A stretch of DNA of 63,681 nucleotides, the filler included, from Candidatus Woesearchaeota archaeon (GTDB lineage: Archaea; Nanobdellota; Nanobdellia; Woesearchaeales; CAZJJJ01), in the NCBI GenBank assembly GCA_046538795.1. It is 6 parts of 6 records of this genome, joined end to end, with 100 filler letters (N's around TTAATTAATTAA, not from the genome) between each part and the next. Parts side by side here need not be neighbours in the genome. Positions count along the whole stretch, not along the records: positions 50,058 to 56,907 come from JBKHIF010000071.1; positions 57,008 to 63,681 come from JBKHIF010000072.1; 4 more parts are not named here. The stretch is one strand, 5' to 3'. Shown here piece by piece: positions 56,878 through 63,681 of the stretch. How positions within the stretch are numbered: the first letter of the stretch is position 1; every line of letters starts with the position of its first letter. Both the position numbers and the translations under genes were made by a program. The notes under the pieces were generated by a model. It saw nothing but the letters and a program-made list of their open reading frames with translations, searched no databases and had not been told where the DNA came from.

Positions 56878-56907
56878 AAATCAAAACTCTTAGATTAACA
56901 TGGCAGA

Positions 56908-57007
56908 NNNNNNNNNNNNNNNNNNNNNNNNNNNNNNNNNNNNNNNNNNNNTTAATTAATTAANNNNNNNNNNNNNNNNNNNNNNNNNNNNNNNNNNNNN
57001 NNNNNNN
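56908..57007. other. Artificial contig-joining spacer
   Basis: N44-TTAATTAATTAA-N44. Confidence 0.97.
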
Positions 57008-58846
57008 AATATCAGGGACAGTTACTTCCTGAAGAACCGGCCTTGTAGAAGTAAAGATAAAATTATGGGAAAATATTACGTTGGAGTCCTGATCTGTTAT
57101 GACTGCATCAAGGGTGTATTCCCCCTGATTTTCGGCCTTTGCCTTTAAAGAAAGATCGCAAGAATTCCCTGTAAACTCAGGATAATCCACGTATTCTCCC
57201 TGCTTTGACGTAATATCTCTAACAGTGAATTCCACAGGCAGTCTTCCTGGGGAAGAAAGCGGTATAGAAGAAATAAATTCGCAGTAATATGTATTATCTG
57301 ATCCTGTTGAACCTGATCCATCCATGCCGCATCGTCCTTGATAATTTCCGCCATGATCTGGAAAAACCATATTCATCCTCTGAAGAAAAGAATCAGATTC
57401 TGATTCAGTTATCAGATTATCATCTGTAACTTTTATCCTGAAACAAACATCGCCTTCTACAGGAAGTTCTCTTGGGATTTCATATGCGCACTGCTCGTCC
57501 ATTATCCTCATCTCAGTTATTACCGGATTTGGAGCATTTACGACCAATTGCTCAACTGGAAAAAATCTCTGATCTGTATTTAGCTCAGGATTTATGTATT
57601 CTGCAAAAGAATTCTCGCCCATATCGTAAATGCCTTCAAGATTTGGATTGAGCCTGAATCTAAGAGATATGTTCTCTGCCCTTGATATCTTTCCCAAAGT
57701 CCACCTGAGAATGTTTCCTTCATGAAGAAACGAAATTTCTTCATTAGAGCCATAATATGAACTGCTTCCTGAAACAAAATCAACATTTTCAGGAATCTCA
57801 AAATCAACCATAACATCGCTTACGACAATATTTGTAATCTCTTCAGATATATCCTTATATATCTCTTTAAGATCATCTCCATCAGGAGCGACTTTTACAA
57901 AGGGTGAATTAAGATCAGCATCAAGCATATCATAGTAAAGAGACATATCAACATTTGGCCCGAATCCAACAAGATAAAGAGAGTAACCTTGTCCTGTTGC
58001 AAGATTAGCACCAAGTTTTGCAGCATCCTCATCATAATCCTGTGTTGACGTAAAAGTACACGAATCTTCTTTTGCTCCAAGATTTCCCTGATAAGCTTCT
58101 GCCTGATCAATAAAAGATTTGTCGTAATTATAATAGCATCTGTATGAATCACCATCAACCGAATTACTTCTACCTATGTTGTAGCTTCCTGAGCACTCAG
58201 CATCATCTATAGATACAGAAGAAAGATGGCTTACAGTAGGTCTTCCATCTGACATGAATACAATGACCTTGTTGTTTGTAGGAGTATCGCTTGAATCAAG
58301 TATGCTTCTTGCCTTTTCAAGCGCAAGAAAATAGTTTGTACCTCCACAACCCTTAAGATTGTTTATCGCATCAAGAGCAGCATCCTCTGACTGAGGATTA
58401 TTCATAAGTGTAAGAGGCATGAGTGTTTCTGCCTGATGATTAAAGGCAACCATCGAAAGCCTGTTTGGAACATTGGAATCTTCTACAAGCACATCGACAA
58501 AGGCTTTTGCAGCTTCCCTTGCCTGATAAAGCCGTTTTTTGTATTTTTCATTAATTTCATGGCTATTCCCGCCATTGATCTCAGAAAGCATGCTTCCTGA
58601 AACATCCATGACTAATACAACATCTACAGGAATCTTGCTTACGACTTCAGCCTCTGTTCCATTAACGCCAAGTTTAATCTCAGTATCTTCTCCTAAAATT
58701 ATCTCTGTAGCAGAAAGAGAAAGCCTGACAAGATCATCTTCTGCAGCAAATACCAAAAAGGGATGAGAAAAAACAGATAAGAGAATCACTATCACTAAAA
58801 AAGTTGCCTTTAGTTCCTTAAACCCCTTCATACACAAAACCTTCAA
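57008..58846 (-). CDS. Secreted von Willebrand factor A domain protein, 3'-truncated
   Basis: Signal peptide, MIDAS DVSGSM, GGTN, FMSDG, followed by Ig-like segments. Confidence 0.85.
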
Positions 58847-58962
58847 CCACTGCTTCTTAAAATAGATTAATTTTAAGCAACATCATATATTAAATTTACG
58901 ATTTTTTTAATTACAGGCAATTATTATGCACATCAAATTTGTGCATTGTTTTTAAGATAATC

Positions 58963-60528
58963 TTAGTCGCCAACAGCAGATATATAATCAATTATGTCTT
59001 CTTTTGTTTTTCCGCTGTACATCTCTTTGTACTTATTTGCAAGCACAAGGGCCTTGCATGTTGATTTTAGATTCCTGTCATCTATATCTTCACAGATATT
59101 TCTGTCTTTGGAATCTTTTGCAAAATCCATGTGACACAGATCATGTTCTCTTTTGTCTTCTATAAGATTGCAGTATTTCCTGTCGTCAGTAGTTTCAGCA
59201 ACAAGCCTTAGGCATGCTTCCTGTCCCTGGCCTTTTTGCATCTCAGAACACAAGAAAACCGCATAGTCAGGATCTTTTCCTGCCTGATTTTTTATATTGT
59301 TTATAACATCCTGGCTAAGCTTATCAGTCCATTTATTGTATATGGTTTCGCTCTTTGGCTTTTCTTCAGGCTTTGCATCATCATCTTTAGAATCATCAGT
59401 TTCTTTTAGAGGATCATCTGTTTTTTCAGGATCATCCTGATCTTCTTCTTTCTCTGGCTCATTGGTATTATCAACAGGTTCAGGCTCATCATCATGATCA
59501 GATCCTTCTCCATCCACACGCACCAACATAGAAGCTCTTGCTTTGTCATCTACATAATCAGCAATCACCCAAACCCTGTAATTTCCAGGTTCAGCATCAT
59601 CAGGAACATCAAGAGTGAATAGTTGAGATGTCCTATCACCCAGTATTTTTGAATCAGTCTTTTCTGAAATGATTTCTCCATCAGAATTTTCAAGATAATA
59701 TGTGTAATAAACATCATATCCGCTTTTGTCAGAACCCATATTTATTGCTTCGACCATGAACCTGATCGAATCTCCAGGATAAATTTTTTCATCGCCTTCA
59801 TATTCAAGCTCAAAATCCATGACACGACCAGCGCGATTTTCTCCAAACAGGTTTAGATTGCCGAAAGAAAAGAATAAAGCGACAGCCAGTACAACAGCAA
59901 TGCCTGCAAAAATACCAGCCTTTGGAAAATGGATGTGCGACTGTCTGAATGAATTCACAGCAGAAGATATATCATTAAAATCATAGCCCTGGGAAACAAG
60001 CATAGATTGTGCGTTTTCAAGGCTAAAACCCTTGTCAAGAAGATTTTTAACTAAAGATCTTGCATCATTATTTTGAGAAGAATTCTGAAAATTAGTTTTT
60101 GTGATTTGCTGATTATAACTATTCTGGGCTGGATTTTGCTGCTGAACAGCAATTTGTTGATAGGCAGGCTGAACTTGCTTTTTAATAGCTGTTTGCTGAA
60201 CTTGTTGATTGTTTTTTGCAGACTCTCTTGCCTCTTTCTCTTTTTCTATCTTGTATCTGGAATAATATCTTAATGCAGAATCAACTATCCTGTAATCGTA
60301 GCGGTTCTGTATCAGATATTGTCTTATCTGAGGAAGAGAATATCCTGCTGAGTCCTGCTGTCCAATATAAGAATTAAAGTTTTCACCTATCTGATCAATA
60401 GCAGTTCTCAAGTCAGCTTCAACAGCTTTTTTATTGTAGCCTCTGCCTATTAAAAATCCTTTTATCTGATCAAGCCCATAGCCAGAATTATATTGCTGTA
60501 CAACGTATGAAACTAGTTCCCCTGCCAA
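58963..60528 (-). CDS. Single-pass membrane protein: cytoplasmic GY helical repeats, external Ig-like and Cys-repeat domains
   Basis: GY..I...L...GY repeats, TM helix, PGDSI/PGNY Ig-like domain, C..I.D....C repeats. Confidence 0.75.
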   Translation of the reverse strand: MAGELVSYVVQQYNSGYGLDQIKGFLIGRGYNKKAVEADLRTAIDQIGENFNSYIGQQDSAGYSLPQIRQYLIQNRYDYRIVDSALRYYSRYKIEKEKEARESAKNNQQVQQTAIKKQVQPAYQQIAVQQQNPAQNSYNQQITKTNFQNSSQNNDARSLVKNLLDKGFSLENAQSMLVSQGYDFNDISSAVNSFRQSHIHFPKAGIFAGIAVVLAVALFFSFGNLNLFGENRAGRVMDFELEYEGDEKIYPGDSIRFMVEAINMGSDKSGYDVYYTYYLENSDGEIISEKTDSKILGDRTSQLFTLDVPDDAEPGNYRVWVIADYVDDKARASMLVRVDGEGSDHDDEPEPVDNTNEPEKEEDQDDPEKTDDPLKETDDSKDDDAKPEEKPKSETIYNKWTDKLSQDVINNIKNQAGKDPDYAVFLCSEMQKGQGQEACLRLVAETTDDRKYCNLIEDKREHDLCHMDFAKDSKDRNICEDIDDRNLKSTCKALVLANKYKEMYSGKTKEDIIDYISAVGD

Positions 60529-60612
60529 AAAATCAACCTCACAGAAGAATTATTAGAAAAATGCTATATAAATGTATCAGTTTTTAGAAGAAAAAACAAA
60601 AAATAAACATCT

Positions 60613-61743
60613 TCATTTGAACATATCTTTTATCTTTGAAAAGAATTTCTTGTAAGAGAATCTTTCATCTCCCAAATTATCAAATTCTGTAAGAAGCTCT
60701 TCTTGTTTCTTTGATATCTTCTTTGGAACCTTTATGTTGACTTTCACATATTCAGAACCATTGCCATAGCCGTTGAGTTCAGGAAGGCCTTCATTCTTTA
60801 ATCTAAAAACAGTACTTCCCTGAGTTCCTGAAGGTATCTTCATCTTTGCTTTTCCGTAAATGGTAGGAACCTCAACAGTATCGCCAAGTACTGCCTGAGC
60901 ATATGAAATAGGAATCTCGATATGAAGATCAGCTCCGTTGCGCTCAAATACAGGATGCTCTTTTACTGTTATGAACACAAACAAATCACCAGGAGGTCCT
61001 CCGTTTTCTCCTGCATCCCCCTGGCCTGATATCCTTAATTTTGTCTCAGAATCAACACCTGCAGGAATATCTATCTTTATCTTTCGTTCACGCTCAACTT
61101 TTCCTGCACCATCGCATTCTTCGCAAGGCTCTTTTACTGTCTTTCCTTTACCTCCGCATTTAGGGCAGACAGTTGTCTGCGCAAAGACGCCGAATGGAGT
61201 TCTCTGTGTACGCCTTACAGCTCCTGTTCCGTGGCAGGTATCACATGTAATAATATCATCTTCTGATTTTGCTCCAGAACCATGACACTTAGGACATTTT
61301 TCTGTTCTTGGAACAAGGATTGTCTTTTCAAAACTCCTTGTTACATCTTCCAAATCAAGCTCAAGATCATATCTAAGATTAGCTCCTCTTCTTGCAGCAC
61401 TTCGTCTTGATCTTCTGCCGCCTCCAAAGATGCTTCCGAAAAGATCATCAAAATCAAATCCGAAATCTCCGCTCATCCCTTCAAAATCAGAATAATCAAA
61501 TCCACCCTGGCCAAAACCAGAAGACCCTTCTGCCGAACCAAAACGGTCATAGTTGTCTCTTTTCTTCTGATCGCCAAGAACTGCAAATGCTTCATTAACT
61601 TCCTTGAACTTGTCTTCAGCTTCTGTGTTGTCCTTGTTAAGATCAGGATGATATTTCTTTGCAAGTTTCTTATAGGCTTTTTTTATCTCATCCTGTGAAG
61701 CATCCTTTGAAAGTCCAAGTATATCATAATAGTCCTTTGCCAT
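60613..61743 (-). CDS. dnaJ: Chaperone DnaJ
   Basis: HPD J-domain, G/F region, four CxxCxGxG repeats. Confidence 0.97.
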   Translation of the reverse strand: MAKDYYDILGLSKDASQDEIKKAYKKLAKKYHPDLNKDNTEAEDKFKEVNEAFAVLGDQKKRDNYDRFGSAEGSSGFGQGGFDYSDFEGMSGDFGFDFDDLFGSIFGGGRRSRRSAARRGANLRYDLELDLEDVTRSFEKTILVPRTEKCPKCHGSGAKSEDDIITCDTCHGTGAVRRTQRTPFGVFAQTTVCPKCGGKGKTVKEPCEECDGAGKVERERKIKIDIPAGVDSETKLRISGQGDAGENGGPPGDLFVFITVKEHPVFERNGADLHIEIPISYAQAVLGDTVEVPTIYGKAKMKIPSGTQGSTVFRLKNEGLPELNGYGNGSEYVKVNIKVPKKISKKQEELLTEFDNLGDERFSYKKFFSKIKDMFK

Positions 61744-61745
61744 TC

Positions 61746-62429
61746 TTAAGGAGCCTCCTTTAGTATAAGTTCTTTGAAATCATCAACTTTTTCAAGCACA
61801 TGATCTGCGTTTTGTTCCATGAATTTTCTTATCTCAGGAATGTTGTGCGCCCATGCGCTCCATGCAAATTCAACTCCTGCTGATTTGGCCATATCAAACC
61901 CAGGCTTAAGATCATCGATAACCAGGATTTCATCAAGAGAAACATTATATAACCGTTGAGTTTCATCAACAATCCACTTATTTGGCTTTCTCTTATTTTC
62001 ATCATGATCCCAGCCAAATATATGATCAACAAGATGCTCTTTATTGTAATGTTTGAAATGTTTTTCAATTATATCTTTTTGCGAATGAGAATTGATAATT
62101 ATTATACCGCCTTTTTTCTTGTATTCTTCAAGAGAATCAAAAATACCATCAAAAAATTCAGGGATTATTTTCTCAGTATATGATCTCCATATCCTGAATT
62201 CTTCTTCAAGTTCAACAGGACTTAATTTAAGTATATCTTTATAGAAACCCATTATGCCGGGATGAAAATTCATATTATACCAGGAATCAAGAGTCACAGG
62301 TTCGCAATCAGGCCTTAACAATCTCATTGTTTCGACATGAGCAGGATAATGGATAGATGTAGTACTATCTACTGTGGTCTCATCATGATCCAACAACATA
62401 CATTTATATTTTAGTTCTGGCATTTTCAC
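61746..62429 (-). CDS. HAD family hydrolase
   Basis: [26 protein letters not shown]. Confidence 0.85.
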   Translation of the reverse strand: MKMPELKYKCMLLDHDETTVDSTTSIHYPAHVETMRLLRPDCEPVTLDSWYNMNFHPGIMGFYKDILKLSPVELEEEFRIWRSYTEKIIPEFFDGIFDSLEEYKKKGGIIIINSHSQKDIIEKHFKHYNKEHLVDHIFGWDHDENKRKPNKWIVDETQRLYNVSLDEILVIDDLKPGFDMAKSAGVEFAWSAWAHNIPEIRKFMEQNADHVLEKVDDFKELILKEAP

Positions 62430-62479
62430 TGTTAATTATTCAAACAAAAAGATAAAAAAATAAAAAATGAAAAAGACGC

Positions 62480-63681
62480 TTATTTCTTGTCGTCGTTTTT
62501 CTTTTCATCCTTATCTTTTACTTCCTCATAGTCAGCATCAACAACATTTTCATCATCTTTCTTCTTTCCTTTTGAGGAATCATCAGATGATTCTTTCTGA
62601 GTTTTTGCCTGTTCTTCTGCAGCCTTCTGATACATCTCAGTTGAAAGAGCCTGCATTTCCTTATTGACCTCTTCAAGCTTTGGCTTTATCTTGTCAACAT
62701 CTTTCTTCTCAGGCTTTAGAAGCTCTTTGAGTTCATCTACCTTTTTCTTTAGAGAGTCAAGCTTTGATTTATCAACTTTTCCCTCCATATCCTTAAAGAT
62801 CTTCTCTGTAGTGTATGTAAGGGTCTCAGCTTCGTTTACAACCTCAACCTGCTCCTTACGCTTTTTGTCTTCTTCAGCATGCTCTTCAGCTTCCTTTTTC
62901 ATCCTTTCCACTTCTTCTTCAGAAAGTTTCTGGGTAGCTGTTATCTTTATGCTCTGCTCTTTGCCAGTTCCAAGATCCTTTGCCTTTACATGCACTATTC
63001 CATTTGCATCAATATCAAAGGCAACCTCTATCTGAGGAACGCCTCTTGGTGCAGGTGGTATTCCAACAAGATCAAATCTTCCAAGGGTCTTATTATCAAC
63101 AGCCATAGGTCTTTCACCTTGAAGTACATGTATGGATACTGCATTCTGGTTGTCAGCAGCTGTGGAAAATGTCTGGGATTTCTTCGTAGGGATAGTTGTA
63201 TTCTTCTCGATGAGCTTTGTAGATACGCCCCCCAAAGTCTCAATACCAAGCGAAAGCGGTGTCACGTCAAGAAGAAGAACATCCTTAATTTCTCCGGCTA
63301 GAACTCCGCCCTGGATAGCTGCGCCCATTGCAACAGATTCCATTGGATCAATTCCTCTTTCAACCTTCTTTCCTATAAGCTCTTCGACATATTTTTGTAC
63401 AAGAGGCATCCTGGTAGGACCTCCTACAAGTATTATCTTATCTATATCATCAGGTGAAAGCTTTGCATCTTTCAGAGCCTGATCAACTGAATCCCTTGTC
63501 TTTTCTACTATGGGTCTTACAAGTTCTTCAAGTTTAGCTCTTGAGATTTTCATAGAAAGATGTTTTGGACCCTTGTCATTTGCAGTTATGAAAGGCAGGT
63601 TTATATCTGTCTCCATGACTGTTGAAAGCTCGATCTTTGCCTTTTCTGAAGCCTCTCTCAATCTCTGCATTGCAACCTCAT
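62480..63681 (-). CDS. dnaK: Chaperone DnaK, 5' part outside the window
   Basis: [33 protein letters not shown]. Confidence 0.97.
   Translation of the reverse strand, partial: EVAMQRLREASEKAKIELSTVMETDINLPFITANDKGPKHLSMKISRAKLEELVRPIVEKTRDSVDQALKDAKLSPDDIDKIILVGGPTRMPLVQKYVEELIGKKVERGIDPMESVAMGAAIQGGVLAGEIKDVLLLDVTPLSLGIETLGGVSTKLIEKNTTIPTKKSQTFSTAADNQNAVSIHVLQGERPMAVDNKTLGRFDLVGIPPAPRGVPQIEVAFDIDANGIVHVKAKDLGTGKEQSIKITATQKLSEEEVERMKKEAEEHAEEDKKRKEQVEVVNEAETLTYTTEKIFKDMEGKVDKSKLDSLKKKVDELKELLKPEKKDVDKIKPKLEEVNKEMQALSTEMYQKAAEEQAKTQKESSDDSSKGKKKDDENVVDADYEEVKDKDEKKNDDKK

Noticed and set aside
28439..57007. Five regularly spaced TTAATTAATTAA palindromes within N runs
   Set aside because: Identical 100-nt synthetic linkers with stops in all frames. 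The internal contigs have decreasing lengths (7167, 7073, 6979, 6850 bp), indicating concatenation, so the periodicity and cross-gap synteny are artefacts.

Overview
Archaeal, AT-rich chromosomal DNA. Gene content and style resemble a DPANN (Woesearchaeota-like) genome; this taxonomy is an inference. The window is not one continuous locus. It is six contigs joined by identical artificial 100-nt spacers (44 N + TTAATTAATTAA + 44 N) at 28439, 35706, 42879, 49958 and 56908, so adjacency across these points means nothing. Contig 1 (1-28438) carries scpA, cdc6, a DEAD-box helicase plus cold-shock protein, an FKBP PPIase and a DNA-processing cluster: an HTH/PIN toxin-antitoxin-like pair co-oriented with herA (no nurA), a divergent AAA-only 'mini-MCM', an RNase H-like exonuclease and polB. 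It also has dapB-dapA, tRNA-Thr(CGT), a second cold-shock/zinc-finger operon, an archaellin and a secreted LysM/M23 peptidase. The other contigs hold core information-processing genes (ribosomal proteins, RNAP subunits, intron-containing tRNA-Leu(GAG), RNase P RNA, GINS, aIF2-alpha, Nop10, Elp3, TrmI, dnaK/dnaJ) and several surface proteins. The best leads are: the PIN-HerA/mini-MCM locus; the M23 peptidoglycan-hydrolase-like enzyme in an archaeon; a circularly permuted L1-binding motif over the rpl1 Shine-Dalgarno; a structured leader of the S13 operon; an ART-fold orphan; and a 100-bp duplicated palindrome-TATA promoter unit. All function calls come from motifs read by eye; no database search was run.
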